Shown here: positions 46,589 to 56,359 of the stretch, in pieces | How the letters are laid out: each line of letters starts with the position of its first letter | Position numbering within the stretch: the first letter of the stretch is position 1 | Assembly (NCBI GenBank): GCA_018399715.1 | Contig: JAGYNR010000003.1 | Span: 831-64,830 of the forward strand | Reading direction: 5' to 3' | Source of the DNA: Desulfobacterales bacterium | GTDB lineage: Bacteria; Desulfobacterota; Desulfobacteria; Desulfobacterales; SKZT01 | DNA: 64,000 bases | The notes under the pieces: model-generated | Seen by the model: only the letters and a program-made list of their open reading frames with translations | What the model was told of the DNA's origin: nothing | Database searches by the model: none | Translations under genes and position numbers: made by a program

Positions 46589-47473
46589 ATGCTTGATATT
46601 ATCATTGTGAATTACAACAGCACTGATTTTCTTATCAATTGCCTAAATTCGATCAGAGAATCTCTTAATGGCGTGCGAGCTGATATTTTTGTTCAGGATA
46701 ATGCCTCTACCGACGGAATAGAAAGGGTTCAAAAAGTATTTCCCAGCGTAAATTTCAACTGCAATAAACGAAATGTGGGATTTGCCGCGGGCGTCAATCA
46801 GGTTATTTCCAAAGGGAAAAACCCCTATGTAATGCTTTTGAATCCTGACACTTATGTGACTGACAAATTTTTTAATATTAGTATGGATTTCATTAGAAAA
46901 AATCCAAGGGTCGGTATTGTAGGACCCAAGGTGATTGAAAAAGATGGCAGACTTCAAAATTCTGCCAGATCTTTTCCTACACTTTTGACATGCGCATTCG
47001 GAAGATCGTCGTTTTTGTCCAGATGCTTTCCCCAAAATATAATAAGCCGGAAAAATCTGCTCAGTATTGACTCAGACGGCCAATCTCCAATGGAGGTTGA
47101 TTGGGTTTCAGGAGCGTGTATGCTGATAAACAGGAAGGCCATAGAATCCGTGGGTCTTCTGGATGAACGTTTTTTTTTGTATTGGGAGGATGCGGATTGG
47201 TGTCGAAGGATGTGGCAAAACGGCTGGAAGGTAATCTATTTTCCCAAAGCAACTATTTATCATTACTCCGGAGCAAGCAGCAGAAAAAAATTAGTACCAT
47301 CAATTCTGGAATTTCATAAAAGTGCCTATAAGTTGTTTGAAAAATACCTGGACTCTTCTTTGGCGGTAATTAAGCCGTTTGTTTATTATGGGCTTCTGAT
47401 TCGATCCGCATTTGTAATTGGTTTTCGCATTTGTCAAAAATTTTACAAAAACTGTTCAAAAAAAAGAAATTAA
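46589..47473 (+). CDS. GT2 glycosyltransferase (rhamnosyltransferase-like)
   Basis: IIIVNYNS, QDNASTDG, LLNPDTYV, VDWVSGACMLI, YWEDADWCRR motifs. Confidence 0.85.
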   Translation: MLDIIIVNYNSTDFLINCLNSIRESLNGVRADIFVQDNASTDGIERVQKVFPSVNFNCNKRNVGFAAGVNQVISKGKNPYVMLLNPDTYVTDKFFNISMDFIRKNPRVGIVGPKVIEKDGRLQNSARSFPTLLTCAFGRSSFLSRCFPQNIISRKNLLSIDSDGQSPMEVDWVSGACMLINRKAIESVGLLDERFFLYWEDADWCRRMWQNGWKVIYFPKATIYHYSGASSRKKLVPSILEFHKSAYKLFEKYLDSSLAVIKPFVYYGLLIRSAFVIGFRICQKFYKNCSKKRN

Positions 47474-47507
47474 AAAATGGGAAAAAACTAAATGATCAGA
47501 TCTGCGT

Positions 47508-48758
47508 TTACCCGAGAGCTTTAAAAATAGTTTTAGTGAAAAATGAAGCCCATACAGTATAGTCAAACTTTTTTCGTACGAAGTCATACCCATTCATTCC
47601 GATTTTTTGGCGCAATGTTGAATCTTTAATTAAACAAATCAAAGCTTTCTGCCATTGATCCGAATTATTAGCCAAAAATCCATTTTCCTTGTTTTTAATT
47701 AAGTTGCAGTTGACACCAACAGGAGATGCTACCGATGGAATGCCTGAAGCCATATACTCTAGTAGTTTAAAACCGCCTTTGCCTCTGGTGTATGCATTAT
47801 CAGAAAGCGGCATAATTCCGATATCGAATGCTTTCAAGTCTTGATTTGCCGTATTTTTTGACCACTTTCTAAATTCTGTTGGCACCCCCTTTATGTGAAT
47901 GGATCTTGAGGAAATAACCCGAAGGATTATATCATAAGTTGACGCTATTGCAGACAAAGGTGATGCTACTTGTTGAAGGTATTTAACATTACCGCCTCCG
48001 CCGATCCATCCGATAACCAATGGCTTAATGGGCCTGTGAACTTTTTGGAAGTATTTATCAGTTTCTACAAGAGTAGGGATGACGACAACAGACGGATTTA
48101 ATTTTCTTGCATGGTCTGCAATATACGGTGTACTGACAATGATTGTTTTGCTAAGTCTAACATTCCATTTAAAGCGCATGTTTGCCAATTTGGAAAGCAG
48201 TCGATTTCCTGCCATACTCGAGTGCGGAGGTAACAGCCATATAGCATCATCTATATCGTACACAATATTTGGATTGAGAAGCTTTAGAACAAAGATAAAT
48301 AGAGGTGGATCATAAAAAAATTCACTCATGATTTCTCTTTGAAGGAAAACACCATCGAATCGGGGCGCTGACCATAGCACAAAAAATCGCCGGAAAAATA
48401 GAAGAACAAAAAAAACATAATGGCGGTAAATTTTACCTTTCAAATAGAGCCCGCGATACAGTGAAGATGATACAGGCGGATAAATATGAAGTCGAATACG
48501 TTTTTTGTCAATATATGTTGTGTAGTTATAGAGCCGCTGACGCGCACTGGCGTTTTCATCCGGCATGTAAGCAAGGCATAGAATATCCCGAACTCGATCA
48601 GCACCTTTAGTTTGATCCCTACTGCATTTTTTTCTTTGCTTTTTGCTATTTGGAATCATTTTTATATACGTTCCCTTAATCAGCAGCAGAAGAAAAAAAA
48701 GTGCAGCTAACGGTGTAAAAGTGATCAAATAAATAATCTTCCAGAATCGTGTTAACAT
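47508..48758 (-). CDS. Membrane-anchored GT-B glycosyltransferase
   Basis: N-terminal TM. C-terminal GGFKLLEYMASGIPSVASPVG region. Confidence 0.65.
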   Translation of the reverse strand: MLTRFWKIIYLITFTPLAALFFLLLLIKGTYIKMIPNSKKQRKKCSRDQTKGADRVRDILCLAYMPDENASARQRLYNYTTYIDKKRIRLHIYPPVSSSLYRGLYLKGKIYRHYVFFVLLFFRRFFVLWSAPRFDGVFLQREIMSEFFYDPPLFIFVLKLLNPNIVYDIDDAIWLLPPHSSMAGNRLLSKLANMRFKWNVRLSKTIIVSTPYIADHARKLNPSVVVIPTLVETDKYFQKVHRPIKPLVIGWIGGGGNVKYLQQVASPLSAIASTYDIILRVISSRSIHIKGVPTEFRKWSKNTANQDLKAFDIGIMPLSDNAYTRGKGGFKLLEYMASGIPSVASPVGVNCNLIKNKENGFLANNSDQWQKALICLIKDSTLRQKIGMNGYDFVRKKFDYTVWASFFTKTIFKALG

Positions 48759-48762
48759 AGTT

Positions 48763-50061
48763 TCAGCGACATGAATGGTTGACTAATTGGTCAATAGCTT
48801 CGGCTAGTTCTCTGACCTGCCTTCGACGGTTGAATATATCAGGTGATAGTGGCATGCTGACCGAATCTTGATTTTCAAAAAGTTGGATATGCTTTCGTAT
48901 AGCTTCTGCGATATTTTCGATGGAGTATGGATCAACTACTGTTCCTAGTTGATACTTTCTCATAATGTCAACAGTATCGCCTTCGACAGCCATCGCCATG
49001 ACCTGACGTCTGGCACCCATGTATTCGAAGATTTTGGATGGAATAACCTTGGTCGGTTCCTGACCGGTACCTACCGGGTATTCAAACAGCAAAAGGATAT
49101 GGCTTCGGACCATATATTCCATAGCTTTGTCACGTGACAGAAATCCTAAAAATTCCACTATTTTGTCCAAATTCAAAGATTTTAAAAGCTGTCGGGATTC
49201 AGGAGCCAATCCTCCCAGGAAACGTATTGTAATTTTCGGGGCAATTTCCGGCTCCTTATCCAGTAAAAATCGCAATGCTTTAAAAAAATAAGTCGGATCA
49301 CTAATCATCGGCCCGGCTGATCCTACATAGGTAAATATAATCTTTTCCTCAGGCGATGCTGTTTTTTTCTTGTTCGAATAATCCTCCGGATCGTATCCAT
49401 TGGGTAACCATTTAATTTTTCGACAAGTATAAGGATCGTTGAGTTTCCTGCGAAACGCCTCAACAGCGCTCGGCGCTGTAGCTAATACAAGATCTGCATT
49501 TCGAAGCACCTGTTTTTCAGCCCATTTATCCAGCATCTGTAAACATTTGGATTTTTGTTCCATAAACCTTAAATCACTTGTCCAAGGATCTCGAAAATCT
49601 GCGACCCATGGTAGCCCGGTAGTTTTTTTCAATCTCAATCCGATAAGCTGCTGTGAATGCGGAGGGCTGGTAATAAACAAAACATCAATATTGTGGGTTT
49701 TGATGATTTTTCTTGCCTTTTTTATAGCTGCGGGAATCCACAATGCATATCCATCAATAAAAACATTTTTTCTTCCGAATTGACCTTCTATAGCATTACA
49801 TTTATCTGAATCATAGGTATTATATATAATAGTTTGTTCAGGGATCGATGTCATCAAACTTTTATCGATAACGCCATATTTTGCTCCGGAAGTCAATACA
49901 TATGGCTTGAATCCATAACGGGCAAGATATTTACATAGCTTTACAAGCCTTTGAACTGCAGCGCCCCCTCTCGGAGGGAAGAAATAGTGTACAAAGAGAA
50001 TACGGATAGCGTTTTTTACCTTGAGCGAATCGCTCAAATTAGGACTCCTGAGTATTTTCAT
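48763..50061 (-). CDS. GT4 glycosyltransferase
   Basis: ILFVHYFFPPRGGAAVQR N-terminus, typical GT-B size and C-terminal nucleotide-sugar region. Confidence 0.75.
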   Translation of the reverse strand: MKILRSPNLSDSLKVKNAIRILFVHYFFPPRGGAAVQRLVKLCKYLARYGFKPYVLTSGAKYGVIDKSLMTSIPEQTIIYNTYDSDKCNAIEGQFGRKNVFIDGYALWIPAAIKKARKIIKTHNIDVLFITSPPHSQQLIGLRLKKTTGLPWVADFRDPWTSDLRFMEQKSKCLQMLDKWAEKQVLRNADLVLATAPSAVEAFRRKLNDPYTCRKIKWLPNGYDPEDYSNKKKTASPEEKIIFTYVGSAGPMISDPTYFFKALRFLLDKEPEIAPKITIRFLGGLAPESRQLLKSLNLDKIVEFLGFLSRDKAMEYMVRSHILLLFEYPVGTGQEPTKVIPSKIFEYMGARRQVMAMAVEGDTVDIMRKYQLGTVVDPYSIENIAEAIRKHIQLFENQDSVSMPLSPDIFNRRRQVRELAEAIDQLVNHSCR

Positions 50062-50078
50062 GGTTTTGGATAAACTTT

Positions 50079-53000
50079 CTATGAGGAAGAAGAATTCAAG
50101 AGATTTTTATAAATCATAATATAATCATCACCCATCTGCCGGGTTGATTTGAAATTTATCTTTTGAATTTCATTCACCTTATTTTGATAAGATTTCATGT
50201 CCTTCGCGGCATTGATCATTTCATGAAACCATTGTTCCGGATGAGTAGGGTTTAGTAGCCATCCACCTCCATGGATTTGGATACGTTCCTTCACAGCTCC
50301 AAGGTTCGAGCCGAAAACCGGAATTCCGAAATACCATGCTTCTGTTAATGTATGGCTATAACTCTCCGGAATAATAGAGGGTATTACAGCAAAAGCGGGT
50401 TGAATTTTATGTAATATGGTTACAAGTTCATTGCGCTGGTAAGTACCGTGACATACAATATAAGAAAGTGAGTCCTGAAATATCGGATCAATTTTGCCTA
50501 GCAAATGAAATTCAAAGTAAGGTTCGTCCGGATACTGTCGGTGATATTTCTGGTTTAGCTCCATAATCTTTTTTAAAAGGTGACTTCCCTTGTAAATACC
50601 AGAAATTCCGAAAGCTACAATTTTAAGTTTGGAAGTTTCTGGAAATTCAGGTTTATTTCTTGTTGACTTGAAATCTCTTCCATGTTCTATAATATTGAAT
50701 TTGGGAGCACTATCCGGACAGACATGCTTAGTAACAAAAGCCATAATTTCTCTGGAAGTCGTAATAAGAGCGTCTGAATAACGTATATTACCTCTCATCC
50801 TTTGGCGCCATTGATAAACCTGGTTATTTTTTAAGTCTTTGATTGTATGATACCATTTGTTGCTCACAGGACAAACACCATCTCCAAGAGTACACAGTCC
50901 TTCACAGAAGTTCCCGTTATTGTCAATTAACTGTATGGTCGGACACACAATATACAAGTCATGAATGGAAAAGATCACCTTGACATCAATATATTTCAGA
51001 AAAGGAATTACTTCAGGTGCCAAACCGATGAGAGTTCTCAGATGAACAATTGTGATGTCGAATATTCGGCAAATCAGTTTCAGCGTAGAAAACCGTTGCG
51101 GTTCCAATGGTGATATCGGGGACCACGGTGTAGGAAAATAAAACTGATAAAGATCGATATCCTTTGATGGATCATAAAGCCGCCATTGCTCATTTCCGCA
51201 AAAAAGAATCATACTTTTGAATTCGGTTTCTACCGCCCGTGCCAAATCCAGGCCGGTTAAAATTGACCCCCCTCCGCCATCGTGCAGCACATAAAGAATT
51301 TTTTTACAACTGTTCGAAATTTGGTGGTTGCATGCGATCAAATCCTTCTTTAATGTCAAACTATTTTTCACAGCATTACCCAGGTACGCCAAGGGATGAT
51401 ATTTTTGAAATTCAGCTACCTGTTTACGATATTCAGGATAGAGTATCTCTAGTTGTCCGGCAGATTTTTCTGCTATTTTTGCCTTTTGATTACCGAATGA
51501 AGCGGTTCTGTGATGAAAAATGTAAATGCTGTCATCGATCACATTGATAAAGCCAGCCTTTCTAGCCCGAATACAAAAATCATTTTCTTCTCCATAACCT
51601 TTCGGGAAATGATATTCATCAAAAAAACCAATAGCATCAAAAACCTTTCTTTTGATGTACATGCAAAATCCACTTCCCGTAGGAACTTCAGGCAACGACC
51701 TCAGACTGACCATCGAAATATGATTGCTGAATTCTTCAAGCGAGTAGCCTTCGGGTAAAAAATTTTTTGTATTAAGGGACGGAACCGAAAAAGCCCCGGC
51801 ATGGTTGGATACTGGAGTGACCGTGCCGATAAGCTCGGATTTGTAGGCAGAGGCGGCTAATCCCGAAGCCCAGCCGGCAGTTACAATTGTGTCGCTGTTA
51901 AGCAAAAGGATATCTGTTTCGAATTGTTTACAGCCTGTATTTACAGAATGGGTATATCCTTCATTTTTTTTATTTTTCAGCAATTCTACATGGCTGTGTT
52001 TTTTTGCATAGGTTTGCAAGAGCGGTAAAATCCGCTGGTCTGTGCTGGCATCATCAATGATCAAGATAGTGTATTGTTCCGGCGTATACTTTAAAACGCT
52101 TTCCATACATTGCTTTACAGCTTCACAAGCGTTGAATACGGGGATAATAATCGTGATATTTTTTGGTGGGTTTGATGGTACACACAGACACCGGAAGTCA
52201 AGATCGTCAAGATTATTTTTATTGACTTTTTTTAGTGGTATATTGTCTGGTTGAGAGTCTTTTTTTTTTAAGGGCTCTAAGTTTCCGATATTTTGATTCA
52301 ATTCGGCAAGCAGTTTATCTGGAACCAACGTAATTTTGGGTCTGAATGTAATTTTTCGAATACATTCAGCAATCAAATTGCCCATCCGCCATCTTTTTGA
52401 TCCTTTTATTTCAGAAATTCCCACCCTCATCCGAATTGCCAAATTTTTAAACCCGGATAATTGTTTTTGGAGCAGGCCAATCTGGCGTTTTTGCTCTAAA
52501 TTGATTTTTTTTTGAAAATCAATTTGATCCTTATGTTGTTTGTTTTCTGTCTTTAAGGCATTTATTTTTTCATTGTTTTGTTTTTTTAGTAAACTGATCT
52601 GATCTTGCTGTGCGGTTCGAAGTTTATCGATCTGGTCTTGCTGTGCGGTTCGAAGTTTATTGATTTCATTTGTATGGCTAAATTTTAGATTTTCTTTAAG
52701 TCTTTCGGTTAGTGCGATTTTGCTTGAAATGTGGACGGTTTCAATTTTTTCAATATATTTACGCAAAGACTCATTCAATTCGAAACTCTTTAAATAGTCT
52801 GATAATTCCGGAAATTGTTTTTTTAGGTGTTTAGGCAAAATAATTCCAAGGCCGGAAAGGCCGGGAAATTGCAAAAATTCAAGTTGAATCTTTGTTTTCT
52901 GTAGAAAATCTTCTGTAGCGGTGAGCACTCCGCTCTGGATATTGTTTTCATAGATCGAGTTGAAGAGATGAGAATTAATTCCTCCATGTTCGACCAGCTC

Positions 53001-53477
53001 CGGATTTCCCGGTAGAATTCCCCATTTTTTGTAAGGTTTTCGAAAATGCTCCGGAATATTTTCCGGATTATAATAAAGGTCCCGGCGCGCATAGGGCCAT
53101 CCGGTATCATGAAGGAATATCAAAGGAAACGGTCTTTGATTATTTTGACAAGCCTTTTCGATCAATATGAATTCATGAAAAACCGTATACCAGTTATGAT
53201 CGCCGTCAATGAGTATTACATCGTATTCTTTTATTTGAGGAAGCATATTCAGGCTTAACCCTTTGTGGAAAGAAAAACGATCTTTATACATATCCTCAAA
53301 TTTTTCTACATTAAATTTAGGAACCGGATCGATAGCATGAAGAACTGCATTGTGCTTTTTGCAGAATTCGAGCAATAATTCAGTATGATACCCATAATCA
53401 GACCCTATCTCAACCAGGGTTTTGGGATGTATCCTCTCAATAACCGGCTGTATTAAAATATCCCAGAAATGATACAT
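50079..53477 (-). CDS. 1132-aa multidomain enzyme: class I SAM methyltransferase, coiled coil, GT2, GT-B (WsaE/WbdD-like architecture)
   Basis: N-terminus TLVEIGSDYGYHT...ILIDGDHNWY. Heptad/hendecad-rich segment aa ~235-345 with a KLRTAQQDQI duplication. IIIPVFNA, IDDASTDQ, LLNSDTIVTAGW, GYGEENDFCIRA. Then ILYVLHDGGGGS ... TEAWYFGIPVF. Confidence 0.85.
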   Translation of the reverse strand: MYHFWDILIQPVIERIHPKTLVEIGSDYGYHTELLLEFCKKHNAVLHAIDPVPKFNVEKFEDMYKDRFSFHKGLSLNMLPQIKEYDVILIDGDHNWYTVFHEFILIEKACQNNQRPFPLIFLHDTGWPYARRDLYYNPENIPEHFRKPYKKWGILPGNPELVEHGGINSHLFNSIYENNIQSGVLTATEDFLQKTKIQLEFLQFPGLSGLGIILPKHLKKQFPELSDYLKSFELNESLRKYIEKIETVHISSKIALTERLKENLKFSHTNEINKLRTAQQDQIDKLRTAQQDQISLLKKQNNEKINALKTENKQHKDQIDFQKKINLEQKRQIGLLQKQLSGFKNLAIRMRVGISEIKGSKRWRMGNLIAECIRKITFRPKITLVPDKLLAELNQNIGNLEPLKKKDSQPDNIPLKKVNKNNLDDLDFRCLCVPSNPPKNITIIIPVFNACEAVKQCMESVLKYTPEQYTILIIDDASTDQRILPLLQTYAKKHSHVELLKNKKNEGYTHSVNTGCKQFETDILLLNSDTIVTAGWASGLAASAYKSELIGTVTPVSNHAGAFSVPSLNTKNFLPEGYSLEEFSNHISMVSLRSLPEVPTGSGFCMYIKRKVFDAIGFFDEYHFPKGYGEENDFCIRARKAGFINVIDDSIYIFHHRTASFGNQKAKIAEKSAGQLEILYPEYRKQVAEFQKYHPLAYLGNAVKNSLTLKKDLIACNHQISNSCKKILYVLHDGGGGSILTGLDLARAVETEFKSMILFCGNEQWRLYDPSKDIDLYQFYFPTPWSPISPLEPQRFSTLKLICRIFDITIVHLRTLIGLAPEVIPFLKYIDVKVIFSIHDLYIVCPTIQLIDNNGNFCEGLCTLGDGVCPVSNKWYHTIKDLKNNQVYQWRQRMRGNIRYSDALITTSREIMAFVTKHVCPDSAPKFNIIEHGRDFKSTRNKPEFPETSKLKIVAFGISGIYKGSHLLKKIMELNQKYHRQYPDEPYFEFHLLGKIDPIFQDSLSYIVCHGTYQRNELVTILHKIQPAFAVIPSIIPESYSHTLTEAWYFGIPVFGSNLGAVKERIQIHGGGWLLNPTHPEQWFHEMINAAKDMKSYQNKVNEIQKINFKSTRQMGDDYIMIYKNLLNSSSS
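52596..52661. repeat. 33-bp tandem duplication (2 copies, 2 mismatches) inside the coiled-coil coding segment
   Basis: gatctgatcttgctgtgcggttcgaagtttatc / gatctggtcttgctgtgcggttcgaagtttatt. Encodes (N/D)KLRTAQQDQI twice. Confidence 0.9.
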
Positions 53478-53538
53478 GATTTATTAAATTCTAATAAAAG
53501 TTGAAAGAAATTATATATAATTTTCATCAAGATTGGAT

Positions 53539-54177
53539 TTATTTTCTATCCTTGGAAGTCAACATAGCCGAAAAACCAATCAAAAATAATCGTTGCATTA
53601 ACCGGTTCCATAAGAGAAACAATATCTTTTGTTTCCGGTTTCTTTTGGGTTTTCTGGCTACCAGGACTGTATCGCGCCAGAAATTGCTGAGATCCGGGTA
53701 TTGTGGGTTTGGTTTCCATTGGGTATAGACCTCCAGAATTTCCATTCGGGCAAATCTGGCCATTGCATTGAAACCATCCGGAAAAAACCGCCAGCAATCT
53801 ACCGGAAACCGATGCTCTGTACCTCCGGATGGAGCAATGATACAACATAAACCGCCTGATTTTAAAACTCTGGATACTTCTAACATAGTAATCCAAAAAA
53901 ATTCGATATGTTCAAAAGCCTGTCCGGAAATTAGGACATCCAGAGAGTCAGTTCCTACACAACGCCAATGGTAGGGATTTTTCAGTATGATATCCACATT
54001 TTTTCCAGCAGTCATGTCCATGCCGACATATTTCCAGGGCGGGTTGTCAAAAAGATTCCGATAGGAGCCGTTAATATCACAGCTGCCTAAATCATAAATT
54101 TTAAGTGGTGTCTTAAAAAGGTCTTTGAGATAGACATCCCGAAAAACTTTCATTTTATCCATAGAACTTTGGTGCAT
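53539..54177 (-). CDS. Class I SAM-dependent methyltransferase
   Basis: IYDLGSCDINGSYR (motif I-like), DVLISGQAFEHIE, GGLCCIIAP. Lies 1 nt downstream of the wzt stop. Confidence 0.75.
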   Translation of the reverse strand: MHQSSMDKMKVFRDVYLKDLFKTPLKIYDLGSCDINGSYRNLFDNPPWKYVGMDMTAGKNVDIILKNPYHWRCVGTDSLDVLISGQAFEHIEFFWITMLEVSRVLKSGGLCCIIAPSGGTEHRFPVDCWRFFPDGFNAMARFARMEILEVYTQWKPNPQYPDLSNFWRDTVLVARKPKRNRKQKILFLLWNRLMQRLFLIGFSAMLTSKDRK

Positions 54178-54178
54178 G

Positions 54179-55468
54179 TTAGGCCCTCTTTTTTATTTCT
54201 ATCCGGATCGGGAGATGCACTTTGCAGTTGACCATTTTTCGATCATCGGGTGGAAGCATTTCAAAAATACAGCAATTATCCTGCCAGTCATAAAACACCG
54301 GTCTATCAGGATCGTGGCCGATTGCGGCTGTAATACTATAGCTTCCATTATGCAAGGGCAGGCGCAAGTGATACTCGATCATAAGTTCCTGATCTTCTTT
54401 TAAATCCGGAAGCTCAATACCTTCTACTGCCGTATTGGTTCCCAACATGTCCATTCCAAATCGATCGCGAATCAGGCATCCGAATACTGCCGGTCTGCAA
54501 GTGATTGAAGCTTTAAGGCGGGTGCAAATTCTAACCTGCTGATTGAATTTAACATGTTTTAAAGGACATCCATCCATATCCATTACAAAAACATCCTTAA
54601 TACGAATCTCCCCGGTTCCGACCTGACAGGTCGGTATCCGATCGGATGACAAATTTTTAGGGTCATTATTTTTTGAAGGATGCTTATCAGAAGGCTTTTT
54701 AATTTTGGCTGTTTTTATGGATTTCGCCTCTTCTTTTCTGGCCAGAAGTCCATGGTAATAATTGGCAACCTCTTCTGCCGTTCCTTCCATTATTTTGCTG
54801 CCCTTGTCCAGCAGAATCGCTTGTTGACATAAACTCTTAACGGCAGCAATGCTATGGCTGACAAACAAAATGGTTATGCCTTTTTCCTGAAGATTTTTGA
54901 TCCGATGAATACATTTGTGCTGAAAAGCGATATCTCCGACCGCCAGTGCTTCATCAATAATAAGTATATCCGGATCCATGTGGATGGTACAGGCAAATGC
55001 CAGTCGGGTAAACATTCCACTGGAGTATAAGCGTACAGGGCGGTCAAAAAAGTCTCCGATGTCGGCAAATTGTTCTACCAGCGGCATAATCTCCATTGTT
55101 TTTTTTTTGGATAATCCCATGAGACCAGCATATAAAATGACGTTTTCCCTGCCTGTAAAGTCATTATTGAATCCGGTACCGAGTTCCAGTATAGAGGCAA
55201 TGCGCCCTTGGGCTTTAACATGTCCGCTGGTAGGGGATAAATAACCGCAGATAATTTTTAACAGAGTGCTTTTTCCGCTGCCGTTGATGCCAATAATACC
55301 CATGGTCTGTCCTTTATCCAAACAAAAGGAAACCGCTTTGAGTGCCCAGAATTCTTTGTGATAGATTCTTCGGGTAAAGGATAAGGCTTCTTTCAAGCGA
55401 TCCCTGGGAGAGGAAAAAATTTTGAACTTCTTGGATATATCTGACACGATAATAGCAGAGTTGCGCAT
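54179..55468 (-). CDS. wzt: Polysaccharide ABC exporter ATPase Wzt with C-terminal carbohydrate-binding-type domain
   Basis: Walker A GINGSGKST, signature YSSGM, Walker B ILIIDEAL. About 170-aa beta-rich C-terminal extension (GEIRIKDVFVMDMDG...). Start set at ATG 55468. Confidence 0.9.
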   Translation of the reverse strand: MRNSAIIVSDISKKFKIFSSPRDRLKEALSFTRRIYHKEFWALKAVSFCLDKGQTMGIIGINGSGKSTLLKIICGYLSPTSGHVKAQGRIASILELGTGFNNDFTGRENVILYAGLMGLSKKKTMEIMPLVEQFADIGDFFDRPVRLYSSGMFTRLAFACTIHMDPDILIIDEALAVGDIAFQHKCIHRIKNLQEKGITILFVSHSIAAVKSLCQQAILLDKGSKIMEGTAEEVANYYHGLLARKEEAKSIKTAKIKKPSDKHPSKNNDPKNLSSDRIPTCQVGTGEIRIKDVFVMDMDGCPLKHVKFNQQVRICTRLKASITCRPAVFGCLIRDRFGMDMLGTNTAVEGIELPDLKEDQELMIEYHLRLPLHNGSYSITAAIGHDPDRPVFYDWQDNCCIFEMLPPDDRKMVNCKVHLPIRIEIKKRA

Positions 55469-55472
55469 CGCC

Positions 55473-56309
55473 TCAAAGTACCTCGGCAAACTGAGTTTTA
55501 AGGCGTCTGAAAGTCCATCCGCCAGCAAACAAAACGATCATTGTAAAAAGAATAAAATAGGCGAAATCCAAAACGGGTATGCCCTGATTATATAACAGTG
55601 CTTTGCGGTACCCCTCTGTAATAAAATACATGGGATTGAGTCTCAGGAGATATTGGTATTGTTCCGGAATAATATTGGATGGATAAATAATGGGGCATAG
55701 GTAAAACCATAGTCGGAGTACTACAACGACCATCTGACCGATGTCCCGGATAAAAACGTTCAGTGAAGAAATCAGCCAGCTCAGTCCCAGGGAAAACATT
55801 ATCAGACAAATCAGATAAAACGGGATTGTTAGTGCAAAAAGTCCGATGGGTTGACCGGTAACGAAAAGAAGGATTATCAGTAAAAAAAATCCGATAAGAT
55901 GACCTGTAAAAGAAGCACCGATGACAACTATAGGAAGAATCTCGGAATGAAATGGGGTTTTTGTAATTAAATTTTTGTTTTTTTCAATGATGCCTGCTAC
56001 ATTTCTTAATATTTCACTGAACATCATCCACGGCAGAAGACCACAAAACAGCCATAAGGAAAAGGGTGTTTGACCAATACGACGGCCGAAAATCAAGGAA
56101 AAAATCAAGGTGTAAATAGCAACCATCATCAAAGGGTGAAAAATGGACCAGAGAATTCCAGCTACAGATCCGATATATCGGGCCTTGAAATCCCGTTCAA
56201 TCATCAGCCAAAGAGTTTGCCTGTGAGCCCAAATACGAAAAATGAAATTTTTTGTAGTCTTGAACAATTTTTTTTCCGTATAATTAAATAATGAGTATAT
56301 AAAAAACAT
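55473..56309 (-). CDS. wzm: ABC-2 type polysaccharide exporter permease Wzm
   Basis: Six TM segments. N-terminus RQTLWLMIERDFKARYIGSVAGILW, typical of ABC-2 permeases. Confidence 0.85.
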   Translation of the reverse strand: MFFIYSLFNYTEKKLFKTTKNFIFRIWAHRQTLWLMIERDFKARYIGSVAGILWSIFHPLMMVAIYTLIFSLIFGRRIGQTPFSLWLFCGLLPWMMFSEILRNVAGIIEKNKNLITKTPFHSEILPIVVIGASFTGHLIGFFLLIILLFVTGQPIGLFALTIPFYLICLIMFSLGLSWLISSLNVFIRDIGQMVVVVLRLWFYLCPIIYPSNIIPEQYQYLLRLNPMYFITEGYRKALLYNQGIPVLDFAYFILFTMIVLFAGGWTFRRLKTQFAEVL

Positions 56310-56359
56310 TAAAATTATAAGTTTTATGGTTGGATGTCAATATCAAAACGTCATCGTCT

